A stretch of 63,951 nucleotides of DNA, filler included, from Choristocarpus tenellus KU-1152 (GCA_964200185.2; 12 parts of 12 records of this genome joined end to end with filler, not necessarily neighbours in it), one strand, 5' to 3'; positions 1-13,399 are shown, counted from the whole stretch's first letter. The notes: generated by a model not told the origin, from the letters alone. Numbers and translations are program-made.

Positions 1-37
1 CGGCGTTTCCTCCTTCTCTCTTTTTTTTGGCCCGACC

Positions 38-80
<43 letters not shown>

Positions 81-94
81 AGATACTTTGACCC
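1..94. mobile_element. End fragment of a poly-C/G MITE (family B or C)
   Basis: Poly-C followed by AGATACTTTGACCC, the reverse complement of the GGGTCAAAGTATCT terminus seen in other copies. Confidence 0.7.
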
Positions 95-2349
95 TACACA
101 GGACTGGTGAGACTGGGGGAGTGGAGCTTCCCAAGCCTCATCAAAGGAGGGGGGACCGTGGCATGTTGCCTGGACCTAAGTATTCATTTACCCCCCCCTG
201 TTCCCTCACGTATTGCCTAGCCCATTGAAGGGCAAAGTAGGTGGAACAAAAAGCACTTCCAAGGTGCTCATCTTTATTCATGTGGCATGGAGTACCACAT
301 GTCTAACCAGGAGAGGGGATGCCAAGGCATATTGCTAAGGCTAGTCGAGCTTGAAACCCCTCTCCTCCCATGTGCTGCCTTGTGCACTATTGGACTGGAA
401 GGGGTCTACAAAAGACATCTCCAGAGCTACATGGTGGATGGTTGCAGCTCGAGTGTGTCGTGGATGGCTGGGCCTCATGCCGACTACACATGGGATCCAG
501 GTGGCATGGCGACTCTTCGGGAAGCATTGCATTGATTGGGGTTTAGGGTGACCAATACCAGCTTTGGGGTGCATTGAAGCATACCCAAGTTATTGAGACT
601 GGAAGAACCTGTGTATGCTGGCGGGATATTCAATCTCGATGTAAAGTAAGCATTGCAATTTGATCTTGGTGGATGCTTTGTTCTTAGTATCTGTGCTTGA
701 CAGCATCACTAAATGGTTTATTCTGCTAGAAGAAGCTTGTTGAATCTCTGTTTGACTAGATAGTATGTTATGCAATGCAGATATTTTTCTTGCACTGATA
801 TACTTATCTGCACCCTTTTGTTTCCTGATTGTGCTGAGGCACACTGAATGTCATGTGTCATGAAATGGGTAGTGTTGATATTTGCCTGGAGATTTGTCTT
901 TTGCATCATCTTCTGTACGACTGATTGCCGTTGTTCTTTTTGTTGGCAGATTACAATTGAGTAGACAAGTATGATTTTATTATTTACTTTGTGTTAAAGT
1001 CTACATCTATAAACTGTGGATGGTTGATTGGTTGGGGACAAAGGGATTTCTTAATTTGCGATTTCATTCCCCAAGTACAGTACGCGCATGTATTGTCAAA
1101 GATTATTCCAGTTGAATTTAATAGCTAGAGATACCGAAGCTAGTGGCATAAATTTGTCAAGACTTGCTTGTAAGTGTTTCACCCAGCAAGGTTGTAAAGG
1201 GGAATCGCCTCTCTCAAGTGAAATCCGATATAAATTATATCCCATCATGCTATGTTGCAATGATGGAGTGTGTCATGCATGTACTTTGAACCCTTGTGTG
1301 ACTGATTGGTTGTGCAATTGAATAGTAGTTAGCTTCACCCTCACATGTGGTTGTGATAGGATGTACTGGTGTGTGCATCCAGTTATTGGTAAGTTCTGAG
1401 AGGTTTTGATACGGAAAGACCTGCCCCAACGTTAAAGTATATGTTAGGAGGATATTTTGATAGTAACTAGTTGCAGATTGCTGATTGAGTGGCATGGTTT
1501 AACATCCTCCAGTGTGTTCTTGAGTGTTTTCGTAGCATAGACAAGTGACACTGGATTTGCTTTGAATCTATTTCAGGCATTTGGGATGGCATGCTGACTG
1601 GATTTCCTTGTGTGTTAACCATTGATTGCACAATACACAGCTGCATTCCAGAGTTTCTCTGGATTTGCATAGATGGTATTTATGTAGCACCGACTCCTAG
1701 TTATGACTGCGGCTTTATTATGTCCCTCTTTGTAACACCCCTTACGTGCAAATTGTTTGCTCAGTATGGCCCACTATGGTGCCTGTATACACCGATACCA
1801 TGTTCCATAAGATGTGGTACCCACCCACAGTTTGTTGTGTGTTCAAACCGAGATTGTTGTTGGCTCTACTTCTATGACTAGGTAGTCGTGATGGACTCTG
1901 TTTTTTCTTCTTGGTATTCCCACTGATTGGTTTTTGGAAGATGTTTTATTTCATAGTGCATTGTTCCTGCATTATTATCAGCTGAAATTCATTTCAGATA
2001 GTGAACTGTATGACCAGGGGCTAATTTGATAGCACATGCCTCATCTGACTAGGAAAATCATGGTTGCATGGTTAGCTTTTGCTGAACTACCAGGGCTAGC
2101 TTTATGTAGAACTCTCATCTTGTTGGATTTTAATTTCTTCACTGAAGTTTTTTTTACTGACTTCAGTAAGTAAAGTCTAGTGACCGCTAACAGTTGTTTG
2201 AGCTTGGCAGGGTGTTCGAATAGACTCTTACAACTATATCATAGATAACTGGTAGTATACGCGTAGTTAGTATGCAAGAGTCGTTAGCTGATAAACCCAT
2301 ATTTGCTTTTGTATATGAATGGATCGATAGGAATTGGCTCCATTGACCA

Positions 2350-2790
2350 TGGTGCTGGTTGTATGGTCGCCCCCTCTGCTTAAGATAATCACTCCTCTCT
2401 ACAATATTTGGTGATATTCCTGTATTTCTCTCTTCTATCCGTACATGACCCGGAGGATACTTCAACAACTCTATCTGTGTCTCAAAATGGACTTTACAGC
2501 TCCATTCCTGTAGTATCCTCCTGTTCCCCCGCCAACCCCTACTGTATGGGTGCGTTAAAAGGAAACTAATCCAAGAAAAGTTCTGGTTGCTTTCCAAGTC
2601 TTCCAGTACTTTCCACCCCGAACGTGTTGAGATAAAAACTTTACAAGGGTAAAAAGATGCCTCGTAGTGGGTGCTCGTCCAGGTCTCGGTTGAAGCAGCG
2701 CCTACACCATTGTTGGTGGATGAGTGGGGAAGATGACAGGATGCTTGGACTTCGGCAAAAGTAACATCCTCCAGAAGGAGGCCTTTGCCG
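2350..2790 (-). mobile_element. Decayed copy of the RLE/CRE-type non-LTR retrotransposon C-terminal region
   Basis: Nucleotide similarity to ~4800-5270 (e.g. ctcgtagtgggtg, cctacaccattgttggtggatgagtggg); frameshifted. Confidence 0.75.
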
Positions 2791-3399
2791 GATAGGGATA
2801 TGAACCAAATTCCGAGAGTTCCTGTAGTGGGTATTCAGTTTTGTCCCCTCACCTCGTTTTTCAGTTCACAATGATGTTGCACTAGACATTTTTACAACAC
2901 CATTTAAAGATTTTGTTCAATACTTCGAAGCACGAAGTATATAAATATTTGTACTCTCGATACAAGTTTATAACGTCATAGGTACCGTTACAGGTGAGCA
3001 AGTCATGTGAGTTCTTGTTGACGGGAGAAATTCGAGACTACTGATTAGTGAATTTGCTTGGAATTTTGAGTTGAGGAATGCGAAAAGTACTTCAAGGGGG
3101 GAAAGAGAAAGTATTGGTCGAGAGAAATGTGGAGTATAGGTTGAAGGATTCAGGAAACGAAGATATGGATAGTCTAGGAAAGGGTCTGAATTAGGTCATT
3201 ATATAATGTTGTTGGGAAGGTAGAGGAACGTAGGGGCACGCTAAAAGTAATTTAAGCAATCTTTCTGAGGAGAGAGGGGTAATATCCCGCAGAAAAAATG
3301 AGAGACGAGTGGTGTGAATCGTGTGATTCTGTGGCAACGTGCTTCACTCAGGCAAGGGTGGTGAAGAGAATCACCGGGCAAGATGGACCAGATGAACAA

Positions 3400-4450
3400 G
3401 GACGAACCGTAACCGAGGGTACGAGGTTAAGGTTGGACAACAAGTGTAAATTGAGGAGTGATGAGCATCATCAATGTTGGGGCTTCGTCATCCTCAGTCA
3501 AGACGTGAGAACAAAGTGGACAACTCTGAATGACAAACTGTCACAAGTCTGTGTGATTGGTCACGTGACAATATTCCATAGTTCCATATTGATGGAGGGT
3601 CCTGAAGTGGAATCATGGATGCTTGACTGGGAACCTCAATCGGTACAACTGTATAACGGTATATGGCATACAAAAATAAGGGTATCACAACGGGCAAACA
3701 TGCTTTCCACAGTGGGGAGGAGTGTAACGGTATGAGAAAACTTTAGTGGTATTTATGATGAAATTGGCATAAGGCACATCGCAAAAGGGGGTTAGTGGTA
3801 CGTCCACTATCAAAGTCATAAATCGGGATCAAACTTGATACTAGGGTTGGTAAACAGAGATACATCTGTTTCGAGTCATTTTATGTGATCGGTTGTAAAT
3901 TTTGCCATTCTTGTCACATTCCTATTCCTTCACATCCGTAATAAGAATGAGAGATGAGGCACCCGATATTAAATTGATATATCTTAGGGTAGCTGGTACA
4001 ATTCACTGCAACAATCATAATTGAGGACCATTGGAGATACTAAGTTTGGTGAACAGGGATAGATATGTCCTTTTGTCGCCATGTCCAAGTGGTAAGTAGG
4101 AGACTGTGTAGTTCTTGTTGCAAGCATTTCTATTCCTTCTCACCTGTAATGAATTGAACGTATCAGATGTCGGCAGATTGTGTTTTTCTTGTTACAGATT
4201 TTTCTATTTGCTACCCTGGAGGAACTGGACACATTAGATATCCCCCATGAAATCCACATATTATAGCACATCGCGAAGTGGTAACTACTACGATCCACCG
4301 CGAAAGTATTAATCGGCAACCAATCTTGATATTATGGTTGGTAAACAGGGAAAGACACATTTGCTCGGAGTTCAAGTTTGAAGTGGTAGATTGTACCGTT
4401 CTTGTCGCAAATATTACTGTTCTGTGGCATCCATGATGAATTGATTTGGG
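3400..4450 (-). mobile_element. Highly decayed Ty3/Gypsy integrase/chromodomain-like remnant
   Basis: Only scattered motif-like pieces on the minus strand (SISNGPQL resembling ISDNGPQF; LYRLRF); many stops. Confidence 0.3.
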
Positions 4451-4656
4451 CATATCCTAGGGTGTTAGCTGGGTTCTACACCGTGAAAGTTATATGTGCG
4501 AACCTAGTATGATAATAGGGTTAGTGAATGGGGATGAATACTCAGGTTCGTCGTAGTTACGTTAAGTGCTTGTAGTAGATTGTGCCACTAGTCCCAAACA
4601 TTACTATTTTATATTACTAACTGTATTTGAGAGGACACTATCCAATATTATACATT

Positions 4657-5552
4657 ATATTATTATGCCCTGTGACATTTTCCAGATGTGTCGGAGGAAA
4701 CCAATGAAAACTATACACATTATCAGTACATACCCTAAAGAAATAAAAGTCATAAAATGTCAAAACCCAAATCTATTTGTTACTTCACCACTATCGATGT
4801 TGTACGACTGCCGCCCTCCTGTGTCTCCAATCTACCTATACCTGTGCCCTGCGCGGAGGAGCTAGGGAGGTATCCCAAGAATCCAATAAATTTCCTCCGT
4901 GTCCATCTCCCTGGTGATTCCAGCTTAAAACGCATGACACGTCTAGACAGTGCCACTTGCGTAGTTACCGGGACAATTTGGCGTAGCCGGGATTTAACTA
5001 CTCCTTTCCTGCTATACCCTCCAGTTCCTCTCCCCCCTACCATGTGAGTAGCCAGCTCATCCAAGAAGCATTCCGCTTGCTTGCTGAGGCGCCCAAAACT
5101 TCCACCGCGAAGGTGTTGAGGTTACAACTACGAGGATCAAAGGAGCCCTCGTAGTGGGTGCGCTTTCGCGCCTCGGCTGCAGCAGCAGCTACACCATTGC
5201 TGGTGGATGAGTGGGTAAGGTGGGAGGTTGCCTGTACCTCTGCGAAGGTGACATCTAGCAGAAGGCCTTTGTCCCTTCAGGGGGCTGTTCCACCGTCCGC
5301 TAGTGCCCCTGCGTCGAACACCACATCCATGTGGAGATTCCTGTCCACTGTGAAAGGGCTACCGTCCTCCATATTGCAAGGGATGCCAATCCCCTTGCAT
5401 TGTAGGTGCAGGCGTTTCACCATTGGAGTGTGCTGTCGTACCTCTCCCCCTGCCCTGGGGCAGGTACGGGCATGTCTGGTATCAACATTTTGCCTCCTGC
5501 ACCCTGCCACAGGACACCTGTTGGATAGAGCCTATTTCCTCCCTAGAGATCT
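4657..5552 (-). mobile_element. 3' part of an RLE-clade (CRE-like) non-LTR retrotransposon: CCHC knuckle, restriction-like endonuclease, 3' UTR and AAT tail
   Basis: Minus-strand translation CPVAGCRRQNVDTRHARTC...QH, NLHMDVVF, LLLDVT...AEARKRTHY...FAVE/FGRL...FLDELA...RQIVPVTTQVA; ends ATGTCACAGGGCATAATAAT. Cut at its 5' side by a MITE at 5553. Confidence 0.85.
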
Positions 5553-5573
5553 GAGTCAAAGTATCTTGGGGGG
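5553..5573. mobile_element. MITE family B terminus running into a gap
   Basis: GAGTCAAAGTATCTTGGGGGG. Confidence 0.75.
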
Positions 5574-5673
5574 NNNNNNNNNNNNNNNNNNNNNNNNNNN
5601 NNNNNNNNNNNNNNNNNTTAATTAATTAANNNNNNNNNNNNNNNNNNNNNNNNNNNNNNNNNNNNNNNNNNNN

Positions 5674-5833
5674 GGGGGGTGGCGGCCGTCCACATGGGGT
5701 CAATTATTTCATGTCGCTATTTTTGGGTGATTTGGTTGCATACGTCGGATGGATAATGTAAATAAATGCACTTTTCCTGATTTTGGACCAAATGGACACC
5801 CTACACCCCCCTCCCCCCCAGATACTTTGAGTA
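5674..5833. mobile_element. MITE family B, nearly complete
   Basis: Reverse-complement match to 53545-53724; ends CCCCCAGATACTTTGAG. Confidence 0.85.
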
Positions 5834-6682
5834 TGTTGCACTACTACCATTAGGAGGCTTTTCATTGTTGATTGACGTATTATTTGGAGTTGTTGGGAAA
5901 AGGATATTATTGTGCAAATTTCAGTCTCTTGAAGTCTGTTAAAACTCGATAAAAATACAAAAAATCACGTGTAGAAATTAATAGTACAGCAGTTGGGAAT
6001 CATGACAGTAAGCAATTTGCCACTACATGGATGCTGGTGTTTGTGGATGTTCAATTGTGGAACAGTCAACTTTTTTTTGTCGAGGACGTGACATCACAAC
6101 CACGAACAATGCACGGATTCATCCTGTCAAATCAACATCCCGAAATTGTATTGTTGGTCCAAATCGCCACGATTTGAGCAACATGCGAGTGATTGAATTG
6201 AAAAATCGAGAGGTAAAAATAATACGTTGCAGGTGTGGTTTCTATGTGTGTGTGAGTGTGTGTTAGTGCTTTGGAGTGGCTGACTCCTTACAAATACATC
6301 TTGCTCGAGTTTTGAGCCAGTCAATCCCCCCTTGAATGATGGTGCCCAATCCGATATTTTGAACGAAATACGTCATGTACTGATCAAAGGTAGTAATCCA
6401 GAAACTGCGACAAATTCATCCAGGTGTCGTATATACCACTTGTAATATTGAGCATTTAGTCACATCCTCACCACTAGGTAAGAGTTTGGCTCAGTGCTGC
6501 GACAAATAGCGATTGACTTTTTTCTCATACATATCCGCGCTATCGTTACTCTCGTGCGTTTGTGCACTGTGAACACATTTTGATTTCATGAAGTGCATTA
6601 AACCTCTTCGGGTCGATTTAACTTCATGGTAATAAGTACTTGCGATTTAGGCATATTACGGGCTCATGGTGACCCAGAGACA

Positions 6683-6944
6683 GGGGCAAAGCAAACGAGA
6701 GGTACCCGGAGTTGTATTTTAAGGATGCTAACAAATGCGTGCAAAATTTGGCCTTACGTACAAATGTTTCGTGGAACGTTAATTATTCCTGTCAAAGAGT
6801 TTCAAACAATAGAGAAATCAACGTTCTGAAGTCAAACTTAACCCTTCATCCATATTTCTATGGATGAATAGCAAAATATTTTTAAACGACTGACTTAACT
6901 TGCAAAATGGCAAAAACCTGGGTACCTCTCGTTTACTTTCACTG
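6683..6944. mobile_element. MITE-like element (family D) with ~25-bp TIRs
   Basis: Left GGGGCAAAGCAAACGAGAGGTACCC; right GGGTACCTCTCGTTTACTTTCACTG; 262 bp; no clean TSD. Confidence 0.65.
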
Positions 6945-7949
6945 TCAAAAAGTGAATCCAAGAATTGTGTTTTGTTCTAGCTGGGCACAGCCAATCACAG
7001 CTGAGTGTTGAGGAACATGCTACGCTCAGGGCCTCAACCCTCGTCGAGTACATCTGAAGACTCCACTCTCAATTATTTATTGAACCTCAGCTCTAGTTGT
7101 TCTCATTGCCTCTCATCACACAGAACTCGCTCATTTTCACACAGGAAATATACATACAGACACCCAGGACAATATAACTGTCAATGCTAGCGTTAACCTA
7201 GAATGTTATGCAGGGCAATATTATAATCGTTTTGCTCCATATTGACCATTTCCAGGATAACGTTCAGGGATCAGTCCCAAAACATTTCCTCGTCCATATA
7301 TTGCCCGAGGCGACTTCCTTCACAACATCTATTGTCTTGCACGAGGTTTGCGTCTAGTGTCTGTTGTCATGACAACATTTGGCGCCATTTCCTCTCCTAC
7401 AACGTTTGTTGCTCTGCAAATAATTGAACACATTTGCCCTGTGTATTCTATCTCTAGAACAATGCCAACGACAGTTTGCTCAAGAATATGATGTCGTAAA
7501 TAAGTTTGATCTTCTCAAACATGTGGTCAGGGGTTGTGAAGAAGAAAAGGAGTAAAATATAAGTTTTTTGGCAATAGAGAGACAAAATCGCTATATATAT
7601 ATATATATGTTTCGTCAAACTTGACCATATCAACTCTGTTGCCCATCAAGTGGTGAGAGCCATTGAATTGCAACATCTCTCGGTTCTTGAATGAAGCTTG
7701 TGGCTATTGGTCTGTAACCTTTGCTGTCCAGGACATTCAACGCTCAGGACCATTTGTTCTGTGACATGTGCTGTCCAGCAAAGGTTGGGATAATTCGCTG
7801 TGGATATCAATTATTCAGAAAACGTTACGTTGTTTAGAGCTCTATAACGCCGAAACGTTAGGTTATGTTACGTAAGGTTATATTGCCTACAGTGTGAATA
7901 TGCATACATATGTGCAATATAGACACATAGTATCCTAGAGGGGGTATCA

Positions 7950-9000
7950 GACGTCCATTAAGGTCCTGTGTGTCCCTGGAGGGATTTCCACGTCATTTAA
8001 GTGAGCGTGTCAAATGTAAGGGCAATGGTGGTTTTCATCTGAACGCCCCTTCCTTTTACACCCGCTGATCTGAACCAAGTTCAAAGGAAAACACTGGCAA
8101 AACGGGCACCATTGGGTTATCCTCCAAAACCTTACCAAGCCTCGAATGGACAATCTGGGCTAATTATTCCCCTCTCTACGATAATATGGCCCATATTGTC
8201 GAAGTGGTTGGTACGTACATGAATATATTTACGGTATGGAAATCACAGTAACATTACATCTACTGTCTCTGACAGTGTACCAACCTCCTAGAGTTGTCTC
8301 TTTTGTGACTCAGCAATTAGGAAGATGTCCAGCGACGAGTTTTAAGAGTTCGAACCCCTTCAGTACCAGCTTTTTGTATTCATGGCAATCTAGTTACGAT
8401 TATCCAAAGTCGACGTGGCAAGGACTACGGATTATGCACCTCTTCTACCTCTATCCTATCTGTCACGATGTACAAAAATGATGGACCAAAGACAAAGAGA
8501 GGCTTCATTACTGAGCGACCCTGAGGCAGATCCAAGACAAGAACAATGAGAGGTAGGAAAGTTGAACCCAACGAACAAGAAGCAAGTCTCGGACGTAGGC
8601 GATACATTAGTAGTAAGTACATTAGTCGTAGAGCAAAAGTTCATTACAGGTGTTAGTACGAAAGGTATTGTAACGTGTATACCTGTGCATGGTTCGGGAT
8701 ATTCCCCAAACTAAACTAATTTGTCAAACCAAATGAGAGGTAGGCAGGGTTGCATTTTAAGGATCTGGAGAAGGGCAAAATATGTTATTTTGTACAATTG
8801 TAGAAAGAGCATTTGTTGAATTATGGTGTCATCTTGTGTGTAGAAAGGGGGGATAACAATTTTGCGTACACTATTGCGCACATGAAGCCATGAGATACTG
8901 TGTATTGGTCAGGGTAAGAAAGATGGCTTAGACTGCAAAAGGGTCCAAACCCACCTGCCTCTCGATTGCCTTGATTCAATCTTTTAAATGATAATGATAA
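7950..9000 (-). mobile_element. Possible highly decayed Ty3/Gypsy RT/RNase H remnant
   Basis: Weak motif-like fragments only (KYIHVRTNH resembling F.V.TDH); many stops. Confidence 0.25.
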
Positions 9001-9206
9001 CAATTGATAAATGATAATAAACAGCATGCCACGTAGTGCATAATTACTTAACTCATCTTGCTACAAATCCAACGCCCCCTCTTAAGATAGGATGGTTCAA
9101 TTTGTTGCAGGTATACTTTCATTGCCCTTCTTCCTGGTGTACCCTTCTGCGCACCCGTAGTAACATAGTACATTTTTTGTTCCGTTAAAAAATAGACTTG
9201 AAAGAG

Positions 9207-9595
9207 TATTATTGTTATGCCCTCTGACATCTTGCAGATGGGCCAGGGGAGAAAAACTATTGTGAAGTATTCACATATCTGAAAAATCCCTAAGGAAGTA
9301 ACAGTTGTCACAAAAGTATAAAATGTTAATCTATTTCCTATTTTACTACCACATATCTATGTTGTACTACTGCCTTCCAGTGTCCCAAACTTATTCCTGT
9401 ACCCCAGGGTGAGGAGTTAGGGAAGCATCCCACGAATCTAATTAAACCTCTCCTTGCCCATCTCTCTGGTGGCTCCAGCTTAAAACGCATGGCCCGTCTA
9501 GATAGGGCTACTGCGTTGTGAGTGAGACTACCTGGCATAGGCGGGATTTGACGGCACTTTTTCTCCTGTAGCCTCCCATTACTCTCCTACTATAA
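9207..9595 (-). mobile_element. 5'-truncated RLE/CRE-type element 3' end
   Basis: Encodes GGYRRKSAVKSRLCQVVS and VALSRRAMRFKLE, matching 4780-5064; ends ATGTCAGAGGGCATAACAATAAT. Confidence 0.85.
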
Positions 9596-9652
9596 TACGA
9601 AATGCGGTACAACAGAACACAAAATAGAACCTCTACGAAAACTTCAACAAAA

Positions 9653-9709
9653 GGTTCAAAGTATCTGGAGGGGGGATGGCGGCTGTCCATTTGGGGTCAA
9701 TTTTTTCAT
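9653..9709. mobile_element. MITE family B, partial (into gap)
   Basis: GGTTCAAAGTATCTGGAGGGGGG...GTCCATTTGGGGTCAATTTTTTCAT. Confidence 0.85.
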
Positions 9710-9809
9710 NNNNNNNNNNNNNNNNNNNNNNNNNNNNNNNNNNNNNNNNNNNNTTAATTAATTAANNNNNNNNNNNNNNNNNNNNNNNNNNNNNNNNNNN
9801 NNNNNNNNN

Positions 9810-10330
9810 ATGGACACGTTAAAAATCAAGAGCGTGTCAACCAACGTCTCGTGTCCCCCGTTTTCGTACCTGGTCATCAAGTTCTAGCCCATGGGCTACA
9901 TGAGAGTACTGACGGTCCGAATCCGAAGTTACTTCACCCTTGGAAGAGTCCGTATTAAGTACATTCTAAGGTATCAACCATCGTGTACAGGGTAGTATTA
10001 CCTGGAAACCCATGCCCATTTTCCATTTATCTGGGTAGGATGAAGCATTACTATCCTCAAGTCCAAACCCCCACACCAGATTTGAATGAACTGGATTATT
10101 TGCTTCTGGGAAAACCAATACCATTACTGGATGTAGACCATCAAATTTCTCAACCTGTTATTGGCCAATATACTATTGATAGCATTGTTGGACATAGACC
10201 TGGTCCTGGACGTTCATCCACCAATATTATCTATCGCCTCCGTCTTTGTGGCTATGGACCGTCTTGTGATGTTCACAAAAGAATAGCATAGATCCCACAA
10301 TTCTGTAAAATGATTGCAGCCTATCGTCCA
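9810..10330 (+). mobile_element. Ty3/Gypsy (chromovirus-like) integrase C-terminus and chromodomain, decayed
   Basis: KLLHPWKSPY (GPY/F-like)...VYRV...LGRMKHY, then chromodomain-like YTIDSIVGHR...YRLRLCGYGPSCD. Confidence 0.75.
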
Positions 10331-11637
10331 GTAAATGGATTGGATAACCAGTAAAATTCGTGTCCCACACAGTGTTGACTTGAGAATTCGTATTTACTGT
10401 TATCATACTCCTTTGCATAATCTGTATATGATGCATTGCCTTAATGCTATAACCTATCGTTTCAGTGAAGAGATTATTGTATGTATGTGCGGTACATATC
10501 CTTGCCATTTTTTTTTGCATGTTTGTTTTTTATGACTAGTGTGTCTTTGGCAGAATCTCGTGGTACCCACATACCATAATCCTATACACAGGTTGACCAT
10601 CTAGTTTAGACAAATCGTTTATGTGTCATTTTGTCATAGATGGGTATAGTCTATCATTTTGTGAAGAGATGAGATAACTGGTAACAGATGTCAGTTAACC
10701 TGCTCATGACCAGGTCTGACTTGACATCTCGTGTTTACCAGGTTTATCAATCCTTACAAATAGACTACATGTATGTGTTGGTGGATTTGGATAAATTAAT
10801 AATACAATTAATTTCATCTCTCAACTCTCCTCATTTGCATGAGTGGACATATGCAGTGGTGAAGAGACCGTATCACCGGGTACATTAACACCCGTGCTAA
10901 AGGTGGCTGTTCATTACATCATGTCATGTTTCATGAAATTGATTTATTGATCATGTTGAAATAACTAACCCCTTGAAAAACAAATATTCAAGTTTACGAC
11001 TAGGTAAGAGTGTTAAACTACTCATTTGATTTGTGTTGATACAATAGAGTATCGTCAGTCCATACTGAATGTTGGTTTGTCCATTGCAATGGTCACTATT
11101 CTCACTTACCTCATTAGCTCCTCATCACAACACCATCAATCACCTTCAGAACACCACGGTACATAGGAAATATAAGAACAGTCGCTTCCTATCACAGATA
11201 CAGGCATACCATATGTTGCATCGGTTCCCTCAGCTATTGGTTCATGTTTGTCCTCATATTTCTTATTTGTTTTTTTCTTTCTTCTTCTTCACGCAAGAAG
11301 TTGTCACTTGCATATTACGTGTTTATTCTTTTTTTTGACTGGCATTGCCCCCTCATAATTCATTACTCTGTGATATGTGGACCAGAAACACGCCAGGATG
11401 CAACATAGCCAGAGTTATAAACATACTTCGAAATCCTTTTCAGCTAAGGTGACAAGTCTCTTCACAGAGCATGCATTTCTTCATTTGAGCACCTCAATGA
11501 ATTATAACATGTTTCACAACAGCCATAGTCTGATTGAGTAAAACATGCCGTCAGACACTCCAGAACGAATTTGCAAGTGTTTTGTTGCACTATAACGCAC
11601 ACCTTTCTCTAAATGTTCCAACCTCAGCACAACCAAA

Positions 11638-12159
11638 GAGTGAAAGTATCTTAGAGGGTGCGAATTTTGCCCTCTTTGTCCATTTGGGGCTCGGCTTCCC
11701 ATGGTTTTTAATGACAGCTTACCTAGTCAAAAATGTTTGGGAGTAGGTAAAATGTATATGTTATGAAAAGGAGTATCAAGAACAAGGGCATTGACATCTC
11801 CTAACACAAACATGATAGCCAAAATGACATCAGAGTGAAAGTATCTTAGAGGGTACGAGTTTTTCCCTGTTCGTCCATTTGGGGTTTGGGTTCCACGGGT
11901 TTTGAATGACATTTTACCTACTCCAAAATATTTCGGAGTATATAAAATGTATGCGTTATGAAAAGGTGGGTCCAGAACAAGGACATTGACATCTCCTAAC
12001 AAATTCGATAGCCAAAATTGCATCAAAATTGCAACATTGGATTTTGGCCTCCATATGGACACGGCTCTACCCTCTAAGATACTTTGACTCATCAAATTTG
12101 CAACATTGGATTTTGGTCCCCAAATGGACTCGACTCTACCCTCTAAGATACTTTGGCTC
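11638..12159. mobile_element. MITE family A (outer copy) containing a nested family A copy
   Basis: Starts GAGTGAAAGTATCTTAGAGGGT, ends TACCCTCTAAGATACTTTGGCTC; flanked by duplicated (C)AAA. Confidence 0.92.
11833..12090. mobile_element. MITE family A (inner copy, 258 bp), TSD ATCA
   Basis: ATCA|GAGTGAAAGTATCT...AGATACTTTGACTC|ATCA. Confidence 0.95.
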
Positions 12160-13399
12160 AAACATACTTTCACATCAACCATTGTCTGGTTGAGTAAAGC
12201 TTGTCCTCAGTCCTACCAGAACAAATTCACAGGTGTTTTGTTGCACTATGAAACACACCTTTCTCTAAACATGCTAACTACAGCACAACCAAACACATAT
12301 TCACATCAACCATTGTCTGATTGAGTAAAGTTTATCTTCAGCCCTACCGGAACAAATTCATTAGTGCTTTGTTGCACTATGATACCCTTCGTTACAACCT
12401 AGACACAGCACAACAATGTGCAACACATACGAACTCAGGTTTCAACAAAGAGATGGAGACTTCAGGTGAATCATTCATGCTATTTTTTTTAGTGACATGA
12501 TGCCCCCGACATGATGTAATGACTGTACAGCCACCTTATATCGTTTTTAGGAGAGTTGAGCCACCAACATCGTGCGTCCGAGTTTGTCCACTTGGAATAT
12601 TGTAGTCGCCGTGAACAATATATCCAATCTATGTCAGAATTAAGCAAGGAGAGTGGGTGCACGGACGTTTGATCTCATCGTCTGCTGTGTTGATTTGGTC
12701 ATGTAACACGCGATGTTGTTTTCATGCATTGGAGTGGTGATCAAATCATCGTATAACGCCCGTATAGCAATATCAGATCACAAACACTAGTCAAACCGTT
12801 TGTTGACATTGTGTAGTGTTTGCTCCTCGTATCCCCATTCTGAGTGTATCCTCTGTTCTATACAAGATGATAGAGACCTATATGCTGGCCACATATATAT
12901 ACCTCTCGCCTTGTCTTTAGGCTGATTGATATGCTGATCCCATACTCTCAGACCTCGAAAGGTTGATTGGTGCGCTGACCACACACCATCAACCTTAGGC
13001 TAATGTTATCATGATCAGGTATTCATTAATGCCTTGTTAAATATTTCTCCATTTTGTATTACTGGAGTCATGTAATAAAATGGCGCAATAATATACAAAT
13101 ATTCATACTTGTTTCCCATTTTGCTCCCAGAGCTAACTTTTTGGTTGACCTTTAAGAAGAGGGGGTTATGTGGAAAGCAGGTTTGTTATTATACCGTTAT
13201 TGCCGTTTGTCAGATACTGTTATACCGATTGAGGTTGTGTTATCAGAACTTTGGCTCCACTTTGTGGAGGATATTCGGAGTGATAGATTTCAGTGTCTTC
13301 CCTTAACGTCTCTTTGTGGGTATGTTTTTCCTAAGGCGGATCTCCCATCTCTATCCGGATCATGATCCTCCTCACTTCCTCAGTGCCCCACGTTTTCCT

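Larger units (their letters stand above)
11513..12415. repeat. Degenerate tandem repeat, ~131-bp unit, ~3 copies, interrupted by nested MITEs
   Basis: Recurring TTGAGTAAA...TTTGTTGCACTAT...CAGCACAAC; CACATCAACC at 12171 and 12302. Confidence 0.85.

Noticed and set aside
5553-5833. One MITE B spanning the gap
   Set aside because: Outer flanks give no TSD match and the linker does not imply adjacency; treated as two pieces.
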